A stretch of DNA of 64,000 nt from Trichinella spiralis (taxonomy: Eukaryota). The stretch spans positions 1,089,527 to 1,153,526 of the forward strand of contig NW_003526940.1 in assembly GCF_000181795.1 (NCBI RefSeq), written 5' to 3'. Made by a program: the position numbers and the translations under genes. Under the pieces are notes generated by a model, which worked only from the letters and a program-made list of their open reading frames with translations, did no database searches and was not told where the DNA came from. Positions 25,073 to 38,063 of the stretch are shown piece after piece (the first letter of the stretch is position 1; each line of letters opens with the position of its first letter).

Positions 25073-28000
25073 ATGACTAATCATTGCCTGACGTTGTTCT
25101 TGATCTGCTTTTCTCTTCACCTCTTATTCCCAGGTAAGTCTCAGAGGTTGTTGTTGTTGTATTGTTTTAGTTTTTTTTCAAAAATTTTTGTTCCCACACC
25201 ACAATTATTGGTAATTTTTATTTCGGATATATTTTGATTCTGTTGTTGTTGTTGTTGACTAAATTATGATGATGATGATGATGATGATGCTGATCACGCT
25301 TCCGCTTCGGCTTTGTGAAGCGGAAATTGGACAACAACGAGAATGGATAAACACGCCCAGTGCTGCTTGCATTGCTCTGCCTGGGTTCGGCACGCAAATG
25401 CCGTTCATCTCAACTGTTTGTCCGCACCACTTGACCACTGGCAATCCCGGCTACTGCTGGCCATCCGATTTTCGGCCACTTGTTGTTGACTTGACAATTT
25501 CCATGCGTACTGATTTTGGTGCAAATATTTGAACGCGATCATCATCTTTCTATTTTTTTTTCTCTACTCTGACACAGGATCATTTTTTTTCTATCTCTCT
25601 CTCCCTCTTTTATTATTTATGATTATTACTGTATTTCTCGCCACTGTCAATCGTCGGCATTAAAGGATAATGGACGTGAACGTTTAGTATGTGGTGACTC
25701 GGTCGCGGTCATTTTTCCATTGTCACCAGTGGTGCGCATTGTCGGTCACTGGGATCGGTTGGGGGTAGCTTTGGGTGGATTTTTTTTTCGCCTTTGTATT
25801 GGACCGCTGTACGGCTAATAATAGTTGGGGTCGTGTGTTTTGTGCTTACTGTTGCAGGTGTCGACTTCACGAGGGCAACAAACGTACAGACAGACGATCG
25901 TATATTCTTGGACAAAAGCATCACGTCTCTCTCTTTCTTCGGCTCTGCTCTGGCTTGTGGCCCCTTTCGACAGACGACCTTGATATGGATGCATAAATAT
26001 ATAAATAAATATAAATACATATATATATATATATATATAAATGTATGTATATATACATATATATAGATGGACAGATACACGTTCGGCCGACGTTCCACTT
26101 CAAGCACGAGGCCTTGAAATATAACGGAGGCCGGTCAGGTTGAAAACTTCTGCTGACCTGTTGTTGTCATCTTGTCGCCTTTTCTTGTTAACTGTCTTGA
26201 CATCATCGAACTGGAGCTTCGGTGAAATACGTTGTGTCCATGGCGTTTCAAAGCTTCTCAAGCGAACAACAGCAACAACAATAATAATAATAATATGCAA
26301 ATGGAATTTCTTTTTTTTTTCTTCCTCGACAAAATTGATTTTCATGAATTGAATGATCAATGAATGTGAATCAGTTGGGTGTAAATTGAATAAAAAAAAT
26401 CCCAGGAAACTGGGACACACCCACATTGGACTGAACAATTGATACGGTTGGTTTTTAGGCTTAAACTAAACACAGAGAAAGGGGCTTAGTTTTTTTTCTC
26501 TTAGCTTTTTGCTTCTTCTGACGTTAACACCGTTTGGTGGAAAAAATGGAGAAAAGGTTGGAATTTCAATTTTGAAAAAAAAATAAATACCTCTTTCTCA
26601 ACTTTTCTGCAATGATACTATGGAAAAATGTTGCGAACAATATTTTTGAAACAAGCTAGGCTATTATTGTTATTCTTTTTTCATTGGGAAAATTGTATTT
26701 CGATGTATTTTTATTATTCATGTAATTATCAATTCCTGAGAGAGAGAGACAGGAGAGATGATGATTGAAAAAGGAAAAAAAGCGTTTTTTTTTTCAATAC
26801 AACACAACAATTCAGTTGATCATTTTATGAATAAGTTCAGAGTGAATTTCTTCCACATTAGGGGGGGGTGTGGTGTTTTTTCAACGACAATCATCACTTG
26901 GTGGATGTGAAAAAAACAACAATTAAACTTTTAATGTTTTTTTCATCTCGAAATGGTCACGTACATTTTTAATTGATCAACTGTTTATTGTATTGTTGGA
27001 AAATATTCGGTCAGGCTAAAAATATTCCAATATTTCCAACGGGATCGATTTGTTACTTTGACAGTTTCGGTTTTGGCTCTAATAACAAATGATGGGAGTG
27101 TTTTCTGTTCATTTCTTATCATAATTGAAAATCTTGTTCATCCGCATTATTTGGACAAGTTATCTATGATGTAGATGATGATGATGATGATGGTTATTTG
27201 GATACTTTTTCGGTTGATTCAAGTCGAGCTTTGTACAAGGTGAATATTTTCCTTCCAGTCCATGTAAAGTTGACAGTCGATGACAAAATTGGGACGACTA
27301 GTTGCAATTGAAGAAAGTGCAATTTATTTTACGAATTTATTCTTGCCAATATCCCGACGACGCTGTTTCCACTGACAGTCTGTCTGTCGATTTTGGACAA
27401 ATTGAATTTTATTAATTTTTCAAAACAGAGAATGTATTTTTATTCAAATTATCATTTTAAATCAATCTTTTCTTTTTCTGCTTGAATAATGATCATGTGA
27501 AACGTGAAGCGAATGTGTCTGTGCTTCGCTTGCTTGCAGTAGCGTCGTTGTTGATCGATTGTTGGTTGTACATTAGTGTGTGTGGACGAAAAATTCTCCC
27601 CCCCCCCCCACCCCCGTTATTTAGTTTTGCTTGGTATCGTTGCTAAGTAGCAAATTGGTGTTGAAAGCTTTTCTGATATTTCTCTGTTGATCAATTGAAA
27701 TTTATTTGTTGTACAAATTTCACGTGTATTTAAATATGAAGGGAAAATTTTTTTAATTAAATTCACTAAATATTGGAAAGAATATTTTTCGCAAAGTATA
27801 TACAATATTATTTATTTATTTCTCAAGTACCTCATACAACGGTGAGGTCATGTTGCTCGTTTGTTAGTGCGAATTGCTTCAATTGACCGACCTTGACGTT
27901 CTACCAACTATTATTCGGTGCATTTTGCTGAGAAATAAATGTCAGAAATTAAGGATTCCAGTAGCTTCACAGCAATCCCAATGGGGCAGCTGTTTTGGGG

Positions 28001-31000
28001 GTGAATCCTGTTTGTCATTTTATATTTTACAATAATTTTCTATAAGCATTCCCAAAAATACCAGTTGGGGTTCGATTTCTTCCATAAATTGTTCATCAAT
28101 TTTCTCCACTTTGGAACATTTTTCCACCATCTGTTGAATGAACACGAACAAACATTTGTCGAATAATTCAGTTTTATTGACTTTCTGGTGCATAATTTAC
28201 TGCAATTGAAAAGCAAATTATTTTTACAATTACAAAACATTTACCTTAGACAATACAGATAGACCAATTTTTCTGTACTTTAATTTAATTTTGGCTTTCT
28301 GTAGGCATTTCTGCCGGCTTGGATGAATTTGTCAAACAACCACAAGGTGAACCGTATTACGTGACTGTTGGAAGTCCGGGTTTGGTTTTGCCTTGTGTGG
28401 TGCAGTCGAAATACGCGTCGGCTCCGTATTCGGTTTACTGGATGCGTCTGGTGGACAATACCCCCTACTTGGTGCAGGCGGACAGCAAATATGAAATTGA
28501 CCGACACTCTTGCGACAGTTGTTTCAATTTGCGCATCAAAACAGTCGACTACAGTCGGGATAATGGGAAATTTTATTGCCAAATTGCCGGACCGGACGGC
28601 TTTGCGAGCACGTCGGTCGTGGCCGAGGTGGTGGTGTTGGTGCACCCGCAGAAGCCGACCCTGACCAAGGACCGGGTCGAAACCAGGGAGGGGCAGTTGG
28701 AGCGTTTGCAGTGCGAGTCGATCGGTGGCAACCCGCCGCCCGAGATGCGCTGGTTCTTCGACAACGGTACCGAAGTGACACGCCTGGCCACTGTGCACAA
28801 CGCCACTTCCAAAGACAAGCCCACCGTCAGCACTCTGACCTGGCACGTCTCGGCTGACGAGAACGGTCTCCGGCTCGGCTGCAAAGTTTGGAACTTGGCC
28901 ATGGGCAAGACCGCGCCCGCCCAGGAGATCTGGAGCCAGCGGTTGCTGGTGCGCTACCCGCCGAAAGTGACCGTCGGGCCGGATGCTAGGTACGGAATCG
29001 AAGTTGGCCAAGAGGCGAAATTGACTTGCTCGGCTCGGGCCAATCCCCCGCCTACCAGATACAGCTGGCGACGCACCGGCGGCGCCAGGGACAGCACTTG
29101 GACCGAGCAGAACATCTCGCTGACGGTGGAACGCGACGACAGCGGCAGCTACGTCTGCAAGGCGGAAAATGCCGACGGTTCCGGAGAAGCGACCCTCGAC
29201 TTGGACGTCCAATACGGACCGGAGTTGGTTGTCGCGGACGAGGTGGTGGTCCAGCAGGGGGAGACGTTGGTGTTGAAATGCGTGGCCAACGCCAACCCGC
29301 CCGCGAAATCCGTCCTGTGGACCACACCCGCCGGCGACACGCATCCCACTCCCACCCTCCACTTGCCCAACGTACGTCGCCAGCAGGCTGGCAATTACAC
29401 CTGCACTGCCAGCAACGAGCTGCGTCTGTACGGCGCCGGTTCGCCGACGAGCCGCACCGCCTCGAAACGTACCCGCGTGCTGGTCAGCCACGCCCCGGGT
29501 GAGGCGAGAATTACGGTCGCCGAGCCGGTGTTGGTCGGCAGCACGGTTGTGTTGAACTGTTCCGCCTCGGATCCCGGATATCCCGCTGCTCGGTTTCGCT
29601 GGAAAGCTCCCGGCCAACGCGACTACGAATACGGTGCCAGGTTCTCGTATCCAATATCCGACGTCCAGCTGACCCACGCCGGCGATTACTGGTGTCAGCC
29701 GTTCAACGACGTTGGCGATGGTCAAGCCAGCAAATACAAGCTCATCGTTCGAGGTAATTGTTTATTTATTTTTAATTACTTTTTTTGGTCTATCAAATCC
29801 GCTGTTTTTCTTCAACATTCAAGTGTTGAATTTGTCAACTGGAGCAATACTAATTTTACATAGAATAATGTTGACAATTTTCCCGGTGAAATTTGATCCA
29901 CATTTTCAGTAAGATGAGATCTTTTGCTTGTGTTGTCGAATTTTCTTCCATATTTTGTCAAAGAGAGAGGGCTATTTGTTGTTCTGTTGATGATGTTGCA
30001 CAGTTTTGAAGCTTGCGTGCGGCAACTGTTGAAATTATTTACAAAGTGCTCAGTGCAGAGTGCTGAAGCTGCACAATGTGCAACTGGATCCAAATAGATC
30101 GCATGGCGCAATTCAGGTACCATTGGGCCATTGCGTGTTTGTGCAAACAGTTTCGCCGGTGAATGGAAGAAAAATTTACTTTCCATTCATTATAGCTGTT
30201 TGTTCGAATTTCAATATTGTTCAGTTTGAGCAAATTTTAGGCTGCGCAGATTTTGAAGTGAAAATTAATAATAACACAGACAGACGGACACACCGATTAT
30301 GATTCGAATCAGAGATTCTCAATTTTAACTGACCGAAAATAATCAGTAATAATAATTTCATTTCAATTTCCTCATTTCTGTGTACATCCAATTCTGACCA
30401 GTGAACTTATTTATGCAGAAGGAAGATTTTCTTTCCGGCTTCAAATGTCCCTGTCCGACTCTCTGTGCATACACCCGCCTGGCACACACGCACATATCAT
30501 TTTACATTTATTATTACTTATTTATATCATTGATGCAATGATGATATTTATTATTAGTAGAAGATGAGATCTTTGGAGAAGGCTTTAGGTTTTGAATGTA
30601 AAAAATTTTTGAAAATTTTCGAAAAGTTTACAAAACGCAATTGCAAAACTTGCAAGCTTGCTAAACTGGTTGGATGTAAGCATTCATTCAGTTTTGCAGC
30701 ACAACAAGAGAAAACGAGGATGCTTTTTCTTCACTTCAAATGAAGCGTTTATTTATTTATTTGTTTAATTTTTCATTCATTCATCAAACATTCGCACGAA
30801 CAAGCGGATTGTTTTTCACTTGGAAAATTGAAAAATTAAATACTTTGACAAACATACGTCCGTCTTTGCGCATATTTTTCAATGTAAATTCTCTTCTGCG
30901 TTTCAAATACAGCCAGAGGCGCATTATTTATTCTGCAGTGAAAAATGATGCTTTCGCTTCTTCAATTTTTGATCATTTCTAATTTTAATACCGCAGATGC

Positions 31001-34000
31001 AGTTTTTGTCTTGAAGCAACAAAATTTGACGAGAAGAATGATGTTTTCATTTTTTGGGGGAAAATTTTCGAAATATTTTTCTCTTACACTGCTCGCAAAT
31101 TAATCGTTTACTGCACTTTGCGCGTTGTGCTTCAGGCGAAAAATATAATCTACCATTAAAATTTGTTTGGACATCTGTGAATTTTCTCTGCAGTAGAGAT
31201 ATATATATATATTTTTTTTTGAAACACTTTTATTCCACGTCAAAGTAGAAAATTTCTTTTTATTCTCGCATTTTATTAATAAGATTTATTATATTCAGTT
31301 TATTTTTTTTTCTCTTCAGAACCTGCTCGTTTGGTGAAAACGTTAAAAAGCGAAGATACGGTGCGAGAGAAGGAAACAAATTACAGATTAATTTGTTCAG
31401 CTCAAGGGAATCCTGTTCCAAATATCACTTGGTATTTTAACGATCAGCCAGTGAGCAGTGAACGTTTTCTCAGTATTTTGGAGCCAGAGGCCCAGAACTG
31501 CGATGTACCGGAGCGCTGTTCGTACAAGGTAAATTTAATAGCACACCAATATTCGATATAGTATTATTTCCCACGGTCAAGTGACCATTATTGTATTTCG
31601 ACGTAAACGGTTCCTATTGTACTTGACAACGGGGGTCAAGTTGCAATGTATTTTTACAGGTCAGTAGCAGTTTACAATGGCTGACCGGCATGCGTTGGAA
31701 TGACAAAGGCTATTACACGTGCCAGGCTTACAACGGCGCCGGGCGTGCTTCGGAAAGTCGCATGCTGTTGAAAGTGCAACACCGACCGGTGGTGGTGAAC
31801 GATCCCGATCGACCGACCGTCGCAGCACAGCTCGGCCACCGGGCCCGGATTTCGTGCCGTGCCAGCGCCTCTCCGGAGCCGGTGTTCCGTTGGTACCGCA
31901 ATGGTCAAGAGTTGAGTCAGTCGAATGTCGACTTTGGATCCACCCAGCAACGAAATCACTCTTTCGACGTATACGAGAACACGTTGCTTCTGTCCGACGT
32001 CCACCAGACCGACCTCGGAGCTTATACGTGCAAAGTGGCTAATCTGTTTGGCGAAGATTCTTTCGTTTTCACCTTGCAACCGAAAAGTAAGTAATTTCTC
32101 CTCCACAGTTAGTTGAAGGGTGAAAAAATATTTCTCTCCTCTTTCTTATATTTTATATTTTGCATGCGTACTTTTTTCTTGATGATACAATAATAAAATT
32201 AGTCAGCTTGATAACTGGCAACAGCTGGTCAGTTTTGTAGCCGTACAAGTGGAATTAATTAGCTTGCCCCAAAGCACGTTGTATTAATGTGTAGTGTAAT
32301 TGGGAAATTTTCCACTTTCATCTTGAGAAGATTCGCTGAAACAAGAACTGAGTGGACGGGGAAAAATTGGCCGATGAGAACATTTTCTTCAACAATCACT
32401 ATTTTCCATTTTGCAACAAACACAATTGCCTTTAATTATTGTCTTCATTTTGAAAATCTGTTGCGCTTTAATATTTTTATCAATAGAAATATTTCATGGG
32501 AGAGAAGAGTTTTATAGTTGAGATCCAGCAAGAAACATCTTCCAACAATTAGTCTTGAACAATCTCTTGAACTCTGCTTGAAGCAATTAATCGATAATTG
32601 TTTGTTTCATCATATAAAATTCTATTTATGCGCAATGAGTGACAACATGTTTGAATAGAATTATTATAAATTGAATTTGAAATGAAAATGTAAATGAAAA
32701 AATTTTCTTTTTCTTATTTCAGGTAAACCATCGCCTGCTTCAGACCTCAGAGCAGAACCGCTGACGCATCGATCGATGCGATTGTCGTGGATTCCTGGCT
32801 TTGACGGTGGTGAAACGCAACAATTTACTGTCGAAATTAGTCACGATGGTCGTGTGATAAAAACAATATCCGCACCTGCCACCGAACCACCGCCTTCACA
32901 ACATTTCGTTGGCATCGAAACTCCACGTCCAGTAGAATTCAACGTTACAAGTTTGTGCAATTTTGGAAATATTTGATTATTTCTTTTTTTTCTTCTGAAT
33001 TATTATAATAAAGAATCCTTCCTTTTGAATTCAGATTTGGCACCGTTGACTGTTTACAGTTTTCGTGTTAAAGCTATCAATAAAATTGGTGAAAGCGAAT
33101 GGACACAACCATTGGTAGCTATTACTTCTGATTCTCCGATAAATCCAAGTAACAATCATTGGAATAATAATTATTTTTAAAACTACAAAACTGTCTGTTT
33201 TCAGGTATACCAGCTCCAGATTCAGCTTCCTATGATTCAATGACCCAAGTACTGGCATTTCAACCACCTCTGGATCCGAATCGTTATTGTTTAATGGTAT
33301 AAAATTTTTTACGATATATAATTGAAATGAAATGAAATGAACGAATCAGTGATCATTATAAATTTGTTTTTGCAGATTTATCTGCTCAAATCGTCCGATT
33401 TGTGGGAACGTTGGGATTGTGTGTCGGAGACGGACAAGGTGGAGTTGGTTCCAACGGCTGCCAGTTTGCGCGTGCGCAACTGTTACCAGCAGACGTTGGA
33501 ATGCAGTGAAGTGATCGAAGCGGCCATCGGGGTGGCGACGGCGGTCGGCTGGGAAGTGGTCGCGGCCATATGCTTCACGGTGCTGTTGTTCGTGCTTGTG
33601 GTCGCCGTCGTCGGCTTGTATTGTCGACGACACCGTCTGGCGAACGAAAAGAACCATTTGGTCAACAATGGCAACGGCGTCGGTGTTTACGGGTCCGACT
33701 GTGCCAAGTAATTTTTCTGAGAACGTTCGGCAATTGAGGGGCAGGGATGATTGTGAATATTGAGTGTATTATTTATTAGCATATATGTATGTGGTGTTGT
33801 GTGTGTGTTTCAGAAATCGGCAAATCAGCGCACCGATTTATGCGGAAAAGACGTTCAGCGCTTCCAATCTCGGAGTGGACAGAAACACCGGCAGTTCGAA
33901 AGACAGCGGTGTATTTACGAGCATGTCCAATTACCAATACGACGGACCGTTGGTGAATGGCACCACGGTCAACTACACGGCAGACACCAACGGCGCTACC

Positions 34001-34270
34001 CTACCCTTCTCAAGGGGCTACGAAGAGCAGCAGCAACAGCAGCACTGGCAACAACAGCAACACTGCGGCGGTGATTATACCACCACCGCCGCCGGCGAAC
34101 CTGGTTATGGTCATTTGGGCAACGGTTACACAATGCCGGTGGTTTATGGTCAAAATTTTGTCGACATGAACCCCGCCGGCGGGAGCATTTACGCTTCACG
34201 AGAAGGTTCCATTCATTCTGGCTATTCAACACCGTCCCAAAAGCGAGTTATTCGAGAAATTATTGTCTGA
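25073..34270 (+). CDS. Echinoid-like cell adhesion receptor: signal peptide, 7 Ig domains, FN3 domain(s), transmembrane helix, C-terminal PDZ-binding motif EIIV
   Basis: Signal exon 25073-25133 (MTNHCLTLFLICFSLHLLFPG) joins in phase to exon 28305-29753 (five Ig domains). Two more Ig domains lie in ~31320-32087, FN3 exons in ~32723-33500, TM VVAAICFTVLLFVLVVAVVGLYC, and the terminus is KRVIREIIV*, as in Drosophila Echinoid. Confidence 0.85.
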
Positions 34271-37200
34271 TCACAATTAGAATAATTATTATGTATATAT
34301 ATATATATAGATATGCGCGTGTATTCTTCTTGAACACATTTCACCTTTGTTTTTTTTTTCCTGTTCAGACTGTTTTTTGCTCGTTCGTTTAGTTTTTCCG
34401 TCCGCAAATGAGAGCGGGGTGTGGGGGAAATCAAATTAGACGGCAGCGACAAATTATTCACTTGACTTTCTCAACATTTGTGTTGCCGTATGTTATTTTC
34501 ATCCATTTATCATATTCGCCTGCTTTTTTTACTCAAATCACAATGCTGTGCAGTCATTGTTGCTTCAAACTTTTCTTTATGACTTTCATTTTTATTTGTT
34601 CCAAGCGCCTTTTCTTTTTTCAAAGAAAAAAAAACAATAATTTTGAAAAGTGCCGTCTTTTATAACGTTGTTGTTACTGCAGTTGTTGTTGTTGTTGATT
34701 TTATTCTTTATTGACTTTTATGCTTTTCATCTTCTGCTGCTGGATAATTTTGCCTCGGTGCTTTATCACTTTTTGTTTTGTTCTCTTTGAAACAAATATA
34801 TGACAGCTTCTTTTCTATTCAGATTGATTGTCTGTTTTAGCACAAATCTGTATACTGTGTAGCACATTCTACGTTGAAGTTGCAGACACTTTTTTCTGCA
34901 TGCAAAATACAACAGACAACACGACTTTTCATCAGAAATGATGTTTTTTTAATTCATTGCTTATATACATATATATATTTTTTTTATTAGTTTTTGTCTC
35001 TCCAGTGTTGAAAATAATAAACTGCCATTAATTGAAAATATTCTTTTTTTCATTATTTATCTATCACATTGCTAGCAAATCAATCATTCATTGTTCAGTA
35101 AACAAATTCAAAAATCCGAATTACTAATACAAATGCTCGCATCAAATTTGCTGTTGCAAAACAACTTTTCAACTAGATAACAACAACAACAACAGTTAAT
35201 ATCGAATATGAAGATCATTGGGATGGATGTACAAAACATAATAAAATGTACTTTTATTCACATTTCAGTTCACTTTATTTTCATTATAATTAATAATAAT
35301 TCAACGATGAATAAAAAAAAAGAAGAGCACAAAATATGATAAATTTGGCATTCAATTAAACTTATCATGTTTATCAAATTTCTGCTATTTGATTTAAAGG
35401 AAAAAACAACATAATTTTGGCACTTATTATATGAATAATAATAATAATAATATACTACATAAATTCACAGGTTGTTTTTTTTAATGAATAAACTGAGAAA
35501 ATGCATGCAAATTGTATAAAGAAAATTTAGCTTATTATTTTCAGAATTTCTTCAGCACACAGTTAAAGTTCAGTTGGACAGATTTCATCTTCGAAAAGTG
35601 TTCAGGAGGGAACTGGCAAATTTCCTTTATTTTATTATAAGCCAGCACCTCCCAACCACTGTTGTCGTTCTCTTATTAAACTTTATTTAAAGGCATTATT
35701 ATTTTCTACTGCACCACTTGGGTTTTTAAGAAATAAATAAACTCATTTAATCTGGTCATGAAAAGCATTTTCATATAAAAAAAGTAATTGAAAAGCTAAT
35801 TTTCTAATTTTAAATTATAATATTTTGGAAATTTTGTCATAAGAAGAAAAAACTACTTGGGATAAAGAGTAGTTGGAACAAAATAAGCACTGTATCTGTA
35901 CTACAAATTCTGAACCAACGAAAGTTTCAAAATTTTTATTGATCTCCATTGTAACTGTAGTTGTACAATTTTTTCACTACAGCTTCGAAAAAACTTGTCA
36001 TTCTAAAAATGAATAACTTCTTTGCTAGCTTTGCTTTGCAGGATCGTAAATGCAATATGCCAAATGCTATAACTAACGGACAGAAAGCCGCAGCAGCGTC
36101 TGACACTTGTTGCATTTATCTCAGATTTTATCTCTCTTCCTTTGTTAACTTTACCATGCAATGCTTTTGAATATTTGCATATTCACGAATTACCATTTCA
36201 GTTGCTGAAAAATGAAATTTACAACACCAAAGTGAACATGGCTTGCTTTGGCAATGCAAAATAATTCAACAGTATTCAACATTTGTCTGTTTTTTCTTTG
36301 ATTTTGGTGGGAGGTGGGTTTGGTTTTTATTATATGTATTTCTTTTTTGCGTTTTACATTATTAATGGAGAAATGAAACAGTGTTCTCTGTGTGTTGATA
36401 TTTTCCATTTGAAAAGTTGTTTCTGTGTTAATGTTTGATATTGGTTTGATTTGATAGAATTGCTGATTATGCTTTAGCAATTCATTTTATTTAATTAATC
36501 ATTACAATCGACAAATTATTCCACCAGTACAGTCAGCAGCTGTGAGTAAAAGGAATAAAAATGAATATTTGGCTAAAGCTAAAGTGTGATTGGTTGATTT
36601 CAATGAAAGGGAATTCTTCGTTCGTGATGGAAGTACTGTACGTCATTCACTTCTAGAAAGACCATTGCAAATTAACCTCAAACTGGGGTCAGAATTTAAA
36701 AAATATATTAAAATCAGATTAATTCAAGCAGTTGGAGATGAAAATGAGCAAAAAAACTGTGCAACAAAAAAAGAAGAGCAGGAGGAGGAGGAGGAGGAGG
36801 TGGTGGTGGTGAGGGCCCGCTAGGCATTCAATTCAATGGTAAATTCAAAAATTTGCATATTCTCTTTATGATTAATGGTAGATTTGAATTTAGTTTTCAC
36901 ATAGTGTTTCACGCTAATGCGCTTACTCTTCTCCAAACTCCAACGCAATATTCAACAGTTGATTTTTTCTTATTTTCTCAACTTTTTTAATTTAAACATT
37001 TACGTTTTAATTTTATTCAGTTTCAAAAAATATTTATAAAATAGATTGCTATCTGAAAATGTATATTTCACTTCAAGCTGACGTTTCTCTTCGAAAAGTA
37101 TATATGCATTTTTATTGATCAACGGTTATTTTCCAACCTTTTGTAAAAACATGCTTATCAACCGGATTTTACTATTTATCAAACTGGTGTTATATTTATC

Positions 37201-37761
37201 AAGTTTACAAGTAAGCCGTTCATGTGTTCAAATTTAATACATCAATCGATCGATAAGCATAAACAAAAATAAACAAAACAATATTTCTCTTTTATTCTAT
37301 TTTGAAATTTACGCCCCAAAATAATGATGACAATCAGCTTCAACATTGTCAGCTTTGAATAAAGCGTCTGATTAGTAAAAACACTATGACAAACAGTGTC
37401 AGAATTCAAATAAATGGCGTAAAAATAAAGCAACAAAAAGTGACAGATCTGAAATATTATCAATCAGATTAAGATATATATATATACATCTGTTAGTTGG
37501 GTCCCTAATAAAATCACTTGATGGATGCACAGAGCTTACTTGTGGAAATAAATTTACGTTATAAGCAGTGTTAATTTTAATTTTTTAAATTTTAAAATTA
37601 TAATTTAACTTTTACACATCTTCACGGTATAGCACTATGCATAAAATGTCAGCAACAATCAAAGTAAAAAAATGCTCTTGCTGCAAACAAAGATGATTTA
37701 ACAAGCTAATAATAACTTTAACATTATTAATTTACAGTAATTATGAAAGGGATGCTAAGGG

Positions 37762-37772
37762 AAAAACAAAAA
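37762..37772 (-). terminator. RNA polymerase III terminator (T-runs) of tRNA-Val
   Basis: The minus strand reads TTTTTGTTTTT starting ~9 nt after the tRNA 3' end. Confidence 0.7.
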
Positions 37773-37780
37773 TTACCTTT

Positions 37781-37853
37781 TGCTCTTGCCTGGGCTCGAA
37801 CCAGGGACCTTCTGCGTGTGAAGCAGACGTGATAACCACTACACTACAAGAGC
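37781..37853 (-). tRNA. tRNA-Val (anticodon CAC)
   Basis: Minus strand GCTCTTG TAGTGTAGTGGTTATCAC G TCTGC TTCACAC GCAGA AGGTC CCTGG TTCGAGC CCAGG CAAGAGC A gives a full 73-nt cloverleaf with A and B boxes. Confidence 0.97.
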
Positions 37854-38063
37854 ACGGTGAGTTTCTTCAATATTTATTATATGATAATTCTTAATAATAA
37901 ATCATTATTAAAAAAATAAATTGAAGTATAAATTTTTGAAAATAATCTTATTTTCAACAATGACTATCAAAAAGGGCAAAATTTTGATTCATTATATTTA
38001 CTACACAACTAGGAACAGCACCTTTACAAAACATTAATAAGAAAACAATCGATTTTTTGAGGC

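Noticed and set aside
25259..26438. Several short ORFs in Echinoid-like intron 1
   Set aside because: They are driven by ATG and TA microsatellites and low complexity, with no coherent splice structure.
28280..29725. 481-aa minus-strand ORF
   Set aside because: It is an antisense shadow of the GC-rich Ig exon, has no motifs, and ends where the exon ends.
35961..37463. Short ORFs between the Echinoid-like gene and tRNA-Val, including a signal-peptide-like MLKLIVIIILG on the minus strand
   Set aside because: I could not link them into an in-phase gene model and found no motifs.
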